Shown here piece after piece: positions 29,765 to 40,232 of a stretch of 64,000 nucleotides of DNA. This stretch comes from Candidatus Bathyarchaeota archaeon (GTDB lineage: Archaea; Thermoproteota; Bathyarchaeia; 40CM-2-53-6): assembly GCA_963726255.1 (NCBI GenBank), contig CAVSBL010000002.1, forward strand, positions 1-64,000, in the 5' to 3' direction. Every line of letters begins with the position of its first letter. Position 1 is the stretch's first letter. The position numbers were made by a program, and so were the translations under genes. The notes below the pieces were generated by a model. The model was not told the DNA's origin and searched no databases. It worked only from the letters and a program-made list of their open reading frames with translations.

Positions 29765-30622
29765 CTATCCAAACATCTTCAATTGCTTTACGCGTCCCAG
29801 GTAGGTGCCATCGAGTAGGTGCACCTCCGCATCGTCCATGTCTACCGCCCCAGACCTTAGAACGGGCCCAAGCCGCTCGCCCGCATGCGTTTCCTCAATC
29901 TTCCGAGAATTCACCGGCCGCCCGCCAAGGAAGTCATTGAACGGCGGGACGAATACGCACCGTGTTGTAGCCAGTTTCACTCGAAACTTCTCCTCCAATA
30001 CTTCTTCAAGGTTCCCTTTAGGTTGAATTCCTGCGGCCTTCAAAGTTCCGCGAACAAGTTTCTTCGGATCGCAAGGGGCCGTAACCCAAGCGGGTTTCGT
30101 CAACCTGTAACCCAAGGCGTCGCGTAAAGTAACCGCAGGGTGTAGGTGCCCGAGAATCAGAGTCTCGCATCCAAGTATTTCAGGGGACGGCCACGCGTGT
30201 CCGTGCAACAACCCAAATCGGTTCCAGAGCGCGAGGCCCGTGGACGGGAGAATTTCAACTTTAGATGGAGTCAGAGGTTCTAGATTACCGTCATGGTTTC
30301 CCAAGATAACCTGAACAGCGGGAACCAGCTTGAGCAACGCCTCAAAGAAATCTGGGACATCACGCCATTCTTCCAGCTCAGCGCCGGTTACGCTATGCTT
30401 CACGTCGCCAAGCATGATAATTCTTGAGGGGTGTTCCTTCTCAATTATCGCCTTAAGCCTTTGAAGCATTTTTCCGGTTTGCGAGGGAATGTGAATGCCC
30501 TGCTGGGAAAGCGTAACTTCCCAGCCTATGTGAAGGTCGCCGAGAACCACAACCCTCTCGCCCCGTCGTCTCAGCAGAAGGGCGGGCTCCGACCCGATCG
30601 GTTTGAGAGCATTCAAGGACAA
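29765..30622 (-). CDS. calcineurin-like metallophosphoesterase
   Basis: DLH, GDVKH, GNHD, HGH, GHLHP. Confidence 0.9.
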   Translation of the reverse strand: MSLNALKPIGSEPALLLRRRGERVVVLGDLHIGWEVTLSQQGIHIPSQTGKMLQRLKAIIEKEHPSRIIMLGDVKHSVTGAELEEWRDVPDFFEALLKLVPAVQVILGNHDGNLEPLTPSKVEILPSTGLALWNRFGLLHGHAWPSPEILGCETLILGHLHPAVTLRDALGYRLTKPAWVTAPCDPKKLVRGTLKAAGIQPKGNLEEVLEEKFRVKLATTRCVFVPPFNDFLGGRPVNSRKIEETHAGERLGPVLRSGAVDMDDAEVHLLDGTYLGRVKQLKMFG

Positions 30623-30716
30623 CCTTTCCCGCTAAGATGAGATGGTAACCGGGTTATGTGTTCATCCCATGCTGAACAAAAGGTTAGATACTTCCCGTGG
30701 ATTTTCACCAACCAGT

Positions 30717-30831
30717 AGCCCGGTGGTGTAGTGGACAGTTCAAACCCGCAGAAGCATAGAGGGCTTTGGACCCTCCGACGGGAGTTCGAATGGCATTAAG
30801 AAAATGCCCGAGCCTCTCCCCCGGGCTACCA
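30717..30831 (+). tRNA. tRNA-Gln(TTG) with 2 introns
   Basis: AGCCCGG/CCGGGCT-A-CCA, GAGGG-CTTTGGA-CCCTC; introns 30737-30751 (D-loop) and 30791-30814 (59/60). Confidence 0.9.
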
Positions 30832-30842
30832 TACCGCTCCGC

Positions 30843-31157
30843 TCACTTCATTTTTAGTTCTATGCCGACGGTTCGCTTGATTAGTTGAGCGAGCGCATCC
30901 ACCTGAGCCGTAGGGCCACCCTTAGCTGGTATCGAGACAACTAACGGGAATTCCTTCCTCGTCCTTTCGAGGATTGGTTGGATCCATTGCATTACGGGCT
31001 CGGTGACCATGATAAGTGAAATTGTTTCATCGGAGTAAATGGTCCTGAATACCTTCTCAGCATCCTCCCTATCCTTCACGGCATAACTTTTCTTTATTCC
31101 GGTGACTCTGAAGTACGCGGACGCGGCTCGGTCCGCGAGCAGCGCTATCTGTCCCAA
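30843..31157 (-). CDS. A/V-type ATP synthase subunit F
   Basis: IALLAD..F...GI, PLVVSIP, LIKRTVGIEL. Confidence 0.8.
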   Translation of the reverse strand: MGQIALLADRAASAYFRVTGIKKSYAVKDREDAEKVFRTIYSDETISLIMVTEPVMQWIQPILERTRKEFPLVVSIPAKGGPTAQVDALAQLIKRTVGIELKMK

Positions 31158-31181
31158 AGCTCATCGCACTGTCCGATTGCT

Positions 31182-31649
31182 TCAAAATTGCGCTAGAACA
31201 TCTTCCCGCTCCATCACATGCCCACAGAAGTAGCAGCGGAGGCGAATTGGTTCCCGACGGTCAACGCCGAACCGAGGCTCCACAGGTTCCCTAGAATTAG
31301 ATATGCAGGACGGGTTGTCGCATTTTATGATTCCTCGAATAGTGGGTGGGAGTTCCACGACTTTTTTCGACGCAACATCGTAATTTCGTATTATGTTGAT
31401 GGTCGCGTTGGGGGCAATCAGCGCGATCTTATCGACCTCGCCGGGCCTAAGCTCCCTGTTCTGTATTTTCACAATATCCTTATCGTGTAACTGCTTACTC
31501 TCGACGTTCAGGGCGACGCTCACCATCTCACCATCCTTTCCATTGATTCCGAGAATTTTGAGTACGTCGAGGGCGAAACCAGGTGTAATGTGGTCAATGA
31601 CCGTTCCGTCTTTGATCTTCCTAACGTAGAGTTCTTGACGCGCTTGCAA
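31182..31649 (-). CDS. pyrI: aspartate carbamoyltransferase regulatory chain
   Basis: GTVIDHI, KDIVKI, CDNPSCIS, CYFC. Confidence 0.96.
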   Translation of the reverse strand: MQARQELYVRKIKDGTVIDHITPGFALDVLKILGINGKDGEMVSVALNVESKQLHDKDIVKIQNRELRPGEVDKIALIAPNATINIIRNYDVASKKVVELPPTIRGIIKCDNPSCISNSREPVEPRFGVDRREPIRLRCYFCGHVMEREDVLAQF

Positions 31650-31757
31650 ACCTATCCAAATACCACAATCTTTGAGAACCGTTATTTAACCCTAAGAAAC
31701 GTCACAGCCCACTGTCCGCTTGGAGGCATTAAAGACAGTTTGGCTTGAGCGGAGCGT

Positions 31758-32228
31758 TCATTTTCGTTTTATTGGGACTTGCACTTCACAGTTGGCCCAC
31801 GCGCGGGCACTGGTCCACGGGCTTCCAGTGTAAACTTCCCTCGATGGCCCTAATTGCTTGAAGGGCCTGTATTGCAGCCAGCCTTCAATCCCATGGTAGA
31901 CCACCTGCTCTGCTACCTTATCAGGGTTGAATGTCACGCTTACCACTCTTCGTTTCGGTAATTTCATTATGCCTATCTTGCCCTCAGGCTTCGCCTTACT
32001 CTTGAGCTCCAGGCATGCTGCGGAACGGCGTTTACTGTCAGGTTTCTTTCCCCATTCGTCGATGAAGAACACTATCCACTTTCCCGTTCTGATTCGCCGT
32101 TTCTTAGCCCATCTCGTGAGTTGGTTGAATTCCCTGCGCCACATGTTCGGGCCGGTATATCCACCAATACGGATTATGTAAGCGACTTTGTAGCTCGGCG
32201 CAACTTTGATGCTGAAATCAACCGCCAT
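31758..32228 (-). CDS. GyrI-like small-molecule-binding protein
   Basis: VAYI...G.Y, Y..I..W, GPSREVY...EVQVP. Confidence 0.75.
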   Translation of the reverse strand: MAVDFSIKVAPSYKVAYIIRIGGYTGPNMWRREFNQLTRWAKKRRIRTGKWIVFFIDEWGKKPDSKRRSAACLELKSKAKPEGKIGIMKLPKRRVVSVTFNPDKVAEQVVYHGIEGWLQYRPFKQLGPSREVYTGSPWTSARAWANCEVQVPIKRK

Positions 32229-32623
32229 TAAGGCTCACTTTGACGCTATCCATGAGTTCTATGTTCTCACTAATCTTGCTTTCGAGACGTTGATTTTTCA
32301 TCGGTTGAAGTTGACCAGTCGCAGGGTGGCCATGGCCTGGTCACGTTGAGTTTCAAGGTCCACTTGACGCACTGTTGTCTTGTGTCTTGCGTATGGTCCC
32401 GTCGATTGTAGTGCATTTGGCTCGGGTATTATTCGGATTGCAATTGTTTTCATAGTGAAGGCCAAGGAATCGATCATCTTCGCCCAGTTGGGGATTCTTT
32501 CACTTAACATTCTATTCATCTCCGAAGCGATCGTTATCGGATCTCCAATTAAAGGGCAGGGCACGTTTCAGGATTACAATTTGCACTCACAAGATGTGAG
32601 TTCTTCCGATGGCAAGAGTCGGT

Positions 32624-32956
32624 TTAATCTAAGAAGTCCATCGGTGTACTGGGCCGTCGAGGTTCTGTGTCTAGGTATGTGATTAGATCCTGTATCTTCT
32701 TGTAGGCCTCGAGGTATTCCATCCCCTTTCTCGTAATGCCATAGTACTGGCGCTGGTTAAGGTTCCCTTGCAAGGGTAATCCCAGGACGTGGATCCTGAT
32801 CAATTCATATCGACTCAGAGTTTCAAGCATTGGCTTCATTCTATCGATGGGTAGTCCAGCGCCGTAGGAGAGCCTTGTAACTTGACAACCGTCTGGGTGG
32901 CGTTTCAGGTACTCGAGAATATCGGCGTAGATATCTAGCCGAGAACGCTTCTTCAA
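32624..32956 (-). CDS. winged-helix transcriptional regulator
   Basis: RSRLDIYADIL...TRL.Y...YGITRKG.EYL. Confidence 0.8.
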   Translation of the reverse strand: MKKRSRLDIYADILEYLKRHPDGCQVTRLSYGAGLPIDRMKPMLETLSRYELIRIHVLGLPLQGNLNQRQYYGITRKGMEYLEAYKKIQDLITYLDTEPRRPSTPMDFLD

Positions 32957-33120
32957 GAACTCTCCTCAGCGATCCTCGAGGCTCCTTACAATCTTAAGTT
33001 GAATTATAGGTTGCGGCTGGGTGAGGTTGCATTGTTCTCTGGCCATTCCACTGCGATGCATGGCCAGGGGATTCTAACTGAGCGCTAAACGCACACGCTG
33101 GAAGAGGAGGTGCTTATTAA

Positions 33121-34074
<954 letters not shown>

Positions 34075-34137
34075 CGTTAGTGTTACCTAAGGTAACGCTT
34101 ATATGATGATTTTCCCCAACATATTACCTGAACGAAG

Positions 34138-34890
34138 ATGCGTCTAGAATTACTCCCATCATCCCGAAAACGCCGAGTCCTACCTAGGCACGTAGTGAAC
34201 TACACGGCGTTTCGTGAAGACTTTCGCATGCAAGAGGACGAGAGCGAACTTCACCTCCTAGAGAAATTCCACGCCGCGAGGGTTCTTTCCAAGAACGGAG
34301 ATGTTGATACCTTTGTCGAACCAGTTCTTTACGACTCCGAGAAACATTCGCACAGGTTCACCTCAGACCTGGTCGGAATTGAAGGCGCTATCTTAACGGC
34401 GGTTTTCTGTGAAACAAAGCAACCGAGCGAATCGCTGCTGAAGGATCTGGGGGTAGTAGATGAGGCGGAGAACTCAAAAGCCGTTGTCGTTTACCCGTCG
34501 AAAGTGAACTCTAACCAAATAAGTTCCTACTTCCCCGAGGCCGTTGACTCAGGCAAATTCGTAATCGAGCATCTCAATTGGCGGGACCGAGGGCTGGAGC
34601 GGGCTTTTCGAGAAGCACTGGAACTCATGGACTTGCTCTGCAACGAAACACGTGTGAAAATGCTTCTACCGCTGTTGGAGCATCCGCAGGGGAAGAAGAA
34701 TTTCAGGGAAGGAATAAACCCTAAGCTCATCTATGAAAATGTCCCCTTGCTTAGAGCACATAAACTCATAGACGAGCTATCGGATGACCTGTACGACCTT
34801 ACTCCGATTGGCAAAACGATCCTCGGCGAGTACCTGGCATTCGTCGAGAAGGTCAGGGATCTGCTCGAAAGAGCGGACAAAGAAGAATAG
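34138..34890 (+). CDS. hypothetical protein with C-terminal wHTH
   Basis: NETRVKML...YDLTPIGK. Confidence 0.6.
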   Translation: MRLELLPSSRKRRVLPRHVVNYTAFREDFRMQEDESELHLLEKFHAARVLSKNGDVDTFVEPVLYDSEKHSHRFTSDLVGIEGAILTAVFCETKQPSESLLKDLGVVDEAENSKAVVVYPSKVNSNQISSYFPEAVDSGKFVIEHLNWRDRGLERAFREALELMDLLCNETRVKMLLPLLEHPQGKKNFREGINPKLIYENVPLLRAHKLIDELSDDLYDLTPIGKTILGEYLAFVEKVRDLLERADKEE

Positions 34891-34916
34891 GCCTGGGGCT
34901 GAGAAAGACGGGTACA

Positions 34917-35396
34917 ATGGTTGAACGCCTAGACGCTTCCCGTGACTTTGGCGACGTTTTCGAGGTTGTCAAGAAATCTGCGGAGCATTCCCTGGGGCGT
35001 CGTAGAGCAGGCCTAATGCTGTATCTGGCTAAGCTGCCCAGGCACATTGGTGCGTTTCACACCATGGGGACAAACGGCATCGTCATGAATAGAACTATCC
35101 TCGACATGGTGACGCATGGCGCACGGTCACTTCGCGAAATCAATTCCTACGTGTATTCAATCCTGCTACACGAGTATTTGCATGCGCTCGGCTACGTGGA
35201 AGAACAGGACGTGCGAAAGCTGGTGTACGATGTCTCATTGCAAACATTCGGCCCAGAACACCCCGCCACCCAAATAGCCTCAAGAGGTCCAGGCGCCATG
35301 TTCCCCGAAATCTCACTTCATGATGCGCCAACAGAGACGCCTGACATTGAAGTAATTCCAGACCTCGAGAGAAGCAGCCAGCGGTACATCAGCTAG
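34917..35396 (+). CDS. small zincin-like metalloprotein
   Basis: LHEYLHALG (HExxH). Confidence 0.7.
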   Translation: MVERLDASRDFGDVFEVVKKSAEHSLGRRRAGLMLYLAKLPRHIGAFHTMGTNGIVMNRTILDMVTHGARSLREINSYVYSILLHEYLHALGYVEEQDVRKLVYDVSLQTFGPEHPATQIASRGPGAMFPEISLHDAPTETPDIEVIPDLERSSQRYIS

Positions 35397-37704
35397 CTAC
35401 CGTGTAAGATATTCGTCTATCCACAATTCTCTTCTTTGCTTCAGGCCAAAGCGTGAACGGCAGCAGACCGTACGATGAACGACCTAGGTGCGTGGTCCTG
35501 TCTGAGCCGCAATTGCTGCATTTCGGTGTGATTCCAAGGTCGGTGTGGTTGCAGACGCTGCAGGCTGAATAGTTCGCTGTATACGTCAAGAACTTGCAAC
35601 CATATTCAAACGCTCTCTCGGTGAGCTTCAAAAGAGCGGGCGCCGTGGAATCAGGGGAGATACAGACCACGCTGAGATGTCCGCCAGGCGTCGCTGATTG
35701 AAACCCCGATTCCATATCCAACCTGCTGTCGATAGTCATTTTCGTTGTCAAAGGAATGGTCGGCAAGTCGGTGTAGTACAAGAGGCCCCTAGATCCGTCT
35801 GCTACAATAACCGCCCTCCCATATTGCTCCATGTCCAATTCCGCGAGCCTACCCGCGGCTTCGTCCCCGGGCCGTTGTGAAACCAGAATGCGCAGCTCCG
35901 ATTCATCTGAGGCGGACTTTAGCAGGTTCGAAGCCTCTTGCAGGATTCTTAGGCCGAAATCAGCTGCCGCTTTGTCCCGTTCCATCCTGAGTCCGGTATG
36001 GGCGTCGACGGCTTCGTTCAGGCCAATAAATGAGAGATTGTAGGAAGAGTTCTTTTCGTAAAAGTAGGGTGAGGCGCCACCCTCCCCAGCCAAGAGAGGG
36101 AGCAGCGGTTGTTTCAGACGTTCGCTGACGAACTTTTTCTTGACTTTGAAACCTTCCACAGTTAACGCGACAGCCTCGCTAAGTAATGCTAGGAATTTTT
36201 CGTCGTTCTTCTTGGCCTCGTACGCTATTCGAGGAAGATTTATGAAAATAGTGTCCATGCTACCTGTTCTGATACAGTCCGCGTCCCAATGATTCGTCCA
36301 CTCATCGCCTAACCTAAGCCCCGTAGCCGAGTAACTGCTCTTTTCTTCGTCGCCAATTAGTTCGAAGAAGGGGATGCTGCGTTCTGCGGCCAGTTGGTGG
36401 GCTTTCTCAAGAATCAGTCTACCCTGCGCGTCACTCAGAGCCTTGCGCCTAACTTTTACTACAAGATGGGGCAAAACCGGCGGGCGTGACTGTGACATTT
36501 TCTGAAAAGCTTCGATTGTCGCACCGGCCAGCCGACTGCTTTCATCCGAGAAATCTGAATATTTGCCGGCGCTTTTGCCACCTGGACCGATCGCATTCTC
36601 CTGCGAAAGGAACGCTGGCATCGCCAAGTCAACTGAGACTGATATCCCTGCTAGAGGAGTGCTTGAGGGGATATCTTTCCGCAATGAAGTGAGGAAGTAG
36701 TAGATGCCGTTAGAAATGTCCTCCGCCGATCTTCCTTGGATGTATGGGGAGAGGAAAATGTTGAAGAATTCAAGCGTCTGCTCTCCTGAGACCTCGCCGG
36801 CCCCGAGTTCCAATACTTGGCGGACCAGTGCAAGCGCCGCTTCGAAAGTGTCGGGTGGTGATATTCCCGGGAGACTGTTCTTTAGGAAGTAACGGATGTC
36901 GTGAACAACTTCGTTTGGGGAAAGAATCCAGTTTTCCAAGTTAGCTATGTGAATCTCGCCCGAAAGGTGCGCATCCGCGAGTTTGTGAGGTAGGCAGTTG
37001 AGCAGAACATATTCCGAGAGAACCGACCTCGCCGACGAACGTTGAACGTAACCAGCGCTAAGCTGCTTCTCGCCCGCAGTTTTGATGAGTTGGGCCACAT
37101 CGTAAACTGGCATTCCAAGCCTTGTGAGCTTGTGGCGGTACTCCTCCAGTTTCTTCTCAATCAAAATCGCATTGACGAATTCGCGAATTAGCGGCGCAGT
37201 AAGGTAAGTCGTCTTTAATCTGACGAGCCTATCCTCAGCCTCGGCTGCTATCTCGTCTGCGATTTCTTGTGGGACGCCCGCTTCAACTACGAGTGACCTC
37301 GCGATCTTGTTCCTGTGGAATTCCTCTATTGCAAGCCTTGAAGATCTCACGTAGAGTTTGCCGCGCTTGACATTAACGTACTCGTCCAAGTCTCGAGCGA
37401 AGGATACGATCATTCGGCCGAGTTCAGTGACCTCGTACCGCTTTGTCTTCTTTTCAAGGGTCACTAGGCCTATGTCGGTTAGGCTTCGGAGATGATAGAC
37501 AAATTTGCCAGCGTCCCGCACAGGGTCAAGTTTGAGCTGGAACATTATTTCCGTATACTGGAGGGGGCCTTTGGTTGATAGAAGTCGTAAAATTTGTAGC
37601 CTTACGGGGGCAGACGCGGCGTCGAAAATGCCGGCGCCGACTCTCTCCGATGAACGAAGCAAGTGATTACCGCCTAGAAGATGGCTCGCAACCACCATAA
37701 GCAT
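35389..37704 (-). CDS. ArsR-type HTH + ATP-cone-like + class III ribonucleotide reductase-like (NrdD) protein, probably non-catalytic
   Basis: YHLRSL HTH; TAPLIREFVN; DAHLSGEIHI, INLPRIAY, FIGLNEAV, PGGH, CSVC/CSNC; catalytic motifs are altered. Confidence 0.85.
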   Translation of the reverse strand: MLMVVASHLLGGNHLLRSSERVGAGIFDAASAPVRLQILRLLSTKGPLQYTEIMFQLKLDPVRDAGKFVYHLRSLTDIGLVTLEKKTKRYEVTELGRMIVSFARDLDEYVNVKRGKLYVRSSRLAIEEFHRNKIARSLVVEAGVPQEIADEIAAEAEDRLVRLKTTYLTAPLIREFVNAILIEKKLEEYRHKLTRLGMPVYDVAQLIKTAGEKQLSAGYVQRSSARSVLSEYVLLNCLPHKLADAHLSGEIHIANLENWILSPNEVVHDIRYFLKNSLPGISPPDTFEAALALVRQVLELGAGEVSGEQTLEFFNIFLSPYIQGRSAEDISNGIYYFLTSLRKDIPSSTPLAGISVSVDLAMPAFLSQENAIGPGGKSAGKYSDFSDESSRLAGATIEAFQKMSQSRPPVLPHLVVKVRRKALSDAQGRLILEKAHQLAAERSIPFFELIGDEEKSSYSATGLRLGDEWTNHWDADCIRTGSMDTIFINLPRIAYEAKKNDEKFLALLSEAVALTVEGFKVKKKFVSERLKQPLLPLLAGEGGASPYFYEKNSSYNLSFIGLNEAVDAHTGLRMERDKAAADFGLRILQEASNLLKSASDESELRILVSQRPGDEAAGRLAELDMEQYGRAVIVADGSRGLLYYTDLPTIPLTTKMTIDSRLDMESGFQSATPGGHLSVVCISPDSTAPALLKLTERAFEYGCKFLTYTANYSACSVCNHTDLGITPKCSNCGSDRTTHLGRSSYGLLPFTLWPEAKKRIVDRRISYTVAS

Positions 37705-37855
37705 GCGCTGACGTTTAAAAAATTGTAGTTACCGCTATACCCCCATTATGGGGTTCAGAAATTCCCCATTCACAGCAATTGAGAATCTTTATTTTGGTTC
37801 GGCATGCGAGGAAGCGCCTCACAATGTAGGTGTTACGCGAGTGGATGAAGTGCGA

Positions 37856-38356
37856 ATGCGGGGAGCGGATTACAGTACCCTGGCGAAACTTGAAGAGGCC
37901 TTCGAACGAAAGGACCTTTCATTCTTCAAAACGTTCCTGCAAAACTCAAAGGGGCTCCCCCTCCTACTCCGAGTTCACGCAGTTTGCATGCTCGAGCACA
38001 TTGGAAACGAGGAAATGGTAGAGCCATTGTGCAAGGTCCTTGCGGAAGACCCTAGTCCCCTCACACGGCACGAAGCTGCGTTCACCCTTGGCCAGTTGGG
38101 TCACAGCTCAGCCGTGCCGGCATTGGTAGAGGCGATGCAACATGACGAGAGCCCAATCGTTCGACATGAGTCGGCCGTAGCACTGAGCTCCATAGGCGAC
38201 GATCGTGCAGTTCCTGATCTGAAGAAAGCAATCGAGGATAGCGATGAGGACGTCAGCAATTCAGCACTGATTGCTTTCGAGTATCTAGACTACTTACACC
38301 GAAGAAGAGAAAATGCTTCCGATAGGTTCGCGGTGAAACCGAAGATTAGGCTGTGA
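37856..38356 (+). CDS. HEAT-repeat protein resembling one half of deoxyhypusine hydroxylase
   Basis: RHEAAFTLGQL and VRHESAVAL His-Glu motifs; start approximate (ORF track gives 37748). Confidence 0.75.
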   Translation: MRGADYSTLAKLEEAFERKDLSFFKTFLQNSKGLPLLLRVHAVCMLEHIGNEEMVEPLCKVLAEDPSPLTRHEAAFTLGQLGHSSAVPALVEAMQHDESPIVRHESAVALSSIGDDRAVPDLKKAIEDSDEDVSNSALIAFEYLDYLHRRRENASDRFAVKPKIRL

Positions 38357-38392
38357 AGCCTTTTAGCTAGTGCCGCGTCCCTACTGGGCTTA

Positions 38393-38567
38393 GGGGCGGT
38401 GGTCCAGGCCACGAGTCTACCCATCGTGGGGACAACTTGGTCTAAGATAGCATCCACTTGCCTTAAAACCGGTCTCGGGACCTAAAAAATGCCGAACAGC
38501 GAGTACACCGGTGAGCGAGGGTTCAAAATGACCTCCCATGGTCAGGATATTCCCTCCCGCCCCACCA
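38393..38567 (+). tRNA. tRNA-Pro(CGG) with 4 introns
   Basis: Introns 38408-38435 (15/16), 38449-38467 (25/26), 38480-38505 (37/38), 38528-38550 (59/60); spliced product is a 79-nt cloverleaf with CCA. Confidence 0.85.
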
Positions 38568-38624
38568 AACGATCCTTGCTCTTCACGCGAGCATTTTAGC
38601 GATATCGTATCGGTGTCAATTCGC

Positions 38625-39044
38625 CTACTTTCGTTCTAAAAGTTCTATCCAGATTCCATTTGGATCTTTGATGTACGCTTCTGTCCATCCGATTTCCGAT
38701 CCGATCGCATATGGTTCGACGACAACGTCGACGCCTCGTCGTTTCAGCTCTTTGACGGCACCTTCCAGATCTTGAACATCGAAGGCTATGTGGTCGAGGT
38801 CTTCACCGTTAACGTACGCCGAATTGAATGGGCTGTCTTCTTCGTAATGGTTGAGTTCTAGAACTTGTCCCGAGCTTGGGCTCTTGAGTGTAACCACACT
38901 GCCTTTGGTTGGTGTCATCTTCTGAAGAGGTTCCGCGATGATCATCCCTAGTACGTCCGTGTAGAACTTCAGTGATTCTTCCATGTTTTTCACTCGAATT
39001 CCGGTATAAGTGAAACGAAATCCAAAGGACATAGGCGATCGCAC
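38625..39044 (-). CDS. VOC / glyoxalase I family protein (paralog of 7643..8020)
   Basis: GIRVKN..FY, LELN, DHIAFDV, DPNGIWIE. Confidence 0.9.
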   Translation of the reverse strand: MRSPMSFGFRFTYTGIRVKNMEESLKFYTDVLGMIIAEPLQKMTPTKGSVVTLKSPSSGQVLELNHYEEDSPFNSAYVNGEDLDHIAFDVQDLEGAVKELKRRGVDVVVEPYAIGSEIGWTEAYIKDPNGIWIELLERK

Positions 39045-39318
39045 TCAATAGTTCATGGATATGCGTTAAAGGCTTAAGGCGATTGTTCTGGTGGGACCAG
39101 AAATCGTGTATTCAGAACACCTCAAAATGAAGCCAACTGGAATCAATTGGCTTGGTGCACCATGAAGCTCCCTCCCGCCCCACCATACCATTACGATGAT
39201 ACCAGTCCCGTTGCGATAAACTCAGCAATTTCTCTGCAGGAGTCATCCTCGATGATACAATCACGGTGAATAATGGTTTTGTTTCCGGAATGTCCGCGGT
39301 CATCAAACGGGATTTGGA

Positions 39319-40107
39319 TTGATGAAAGTACTGGTCGCCCTGCTGTTATTGTCGACGTTATCGTTCCCAATCGGTGTCAACGCTCTTGCGACGCCGCAGG
39401 CTCAGGTTCAGGAGCCTGCTTTGTTTCTCTCATCATTGAACGCAACGCGGCCTATGGGCTACTATGCTGGGAGTCTTGTGTCCTCCTTGAACCATGCAGG
39501 ATACAACGTTACATACCTGGCTGACGACGCCGTTACAATCAACCTTCTGTTGACTAGGATGAAGAATTACAGTGTCGTAGTCTGGCGCACGGACAGCTTC
39601 ACCCAGAAGAACGCAACATATTGGTATGTCGGCGAGAAACCCAGCGATGCGGCTGAACAGAGGTACGGTTCGGATTTTGCTGCGGGTCGGATAACAACTA
39701 GTACGGGCATGGTCGCAGTTAGTAAAGACTTCTTCACAAATCACTTCGGGCCTTATGCCCTGCAAGGGATCAAACTGCTGATCTTTGTGTCGAGTCATGG
39801 TAATGAATTAGCGCCGATTTTTCTTGCAGCAGGGGTGACGTCAGTAGTTTTCTCTAGCGGAGCCATCACACTTCAATTCGGCCTGGTGGATGACTTAACT
39901 GCCCAACTGGTCGGGTTCCTGACTCAGGGTGAGACTGTTTACAATGCCGTGTACGATACAATTTCTCCATTCAACCAGGGAGAAAACCTGAAAGACCCCC
40001 TCGATTCAACGTTCGGAATAATCTTCTGGTACCTCGGCGACGGTACCGCTACGATAGCGCCCACAATTCATTCAGTTCCTTCCGCACGACTTCCCAGGCT
40101 ACCCTGA
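39319..40107 (+). CDS. secreted hypothetical protein
   Basis: N-terminal signal peptide, alpha/beta-like body. Confidence 0.65.
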   Translation: MMKVLVALLLLSTLSFPIGVNALATPQAQVQEPALFLSSLNATRPMGYYAGSLVSSLNHAGYNVTYLADDAVTINLLLTRMKNYSVVVWRTDSFTQKNATYWYVGEKPSDAAEQRYGSDFAAGRITTSTGMVAVSKDFFTNHFGPYALQGIKLLIFVSSHGNELAPIFLAAGVTSVVFSSGAITLQFGLVDDLTAQLVGFLTQGETVYNAVYDTISPFNQGENLKDPLDSTFGIIFWYLGDGTATIAPTIHSVPSARLPRLP

Positions 40108-40232
40108 ATCATTCGTATTCGTATCGGGTTAGACTATTTCTAGTGGAGCGGAAGCTAACAGCATCCAAGCGCTGAACTTGCTACATGTCGAAAACTACCC
40201 ATTGCGACAGCATTGCCAAAGTCGGGCCCTGG

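Noticed and set aside
32298-32682. Opposing ORFs 32298..32564 and 32380..32682
   Set aside because: Neither is convincing; possibly a decayed membrane-protein gene
34103-34131. C/D box sRNA (ATGATGA...CTGA), similarly near 46851
   Set aside because: Spacing too short for a two-guide sRNA; could be chance or a lone K-loop
35389-37704. Annotating the gene as active nrdD
   Set aside because: Glycyl-radical and cysteine motifs are absent
38469-38511. Reading the anticodon as Arg(TCG) or Glu(CTC)
   Set aside because: Only the CGG register gives U33, a CCGGT/ACCGG stem and a 37/38 BHB
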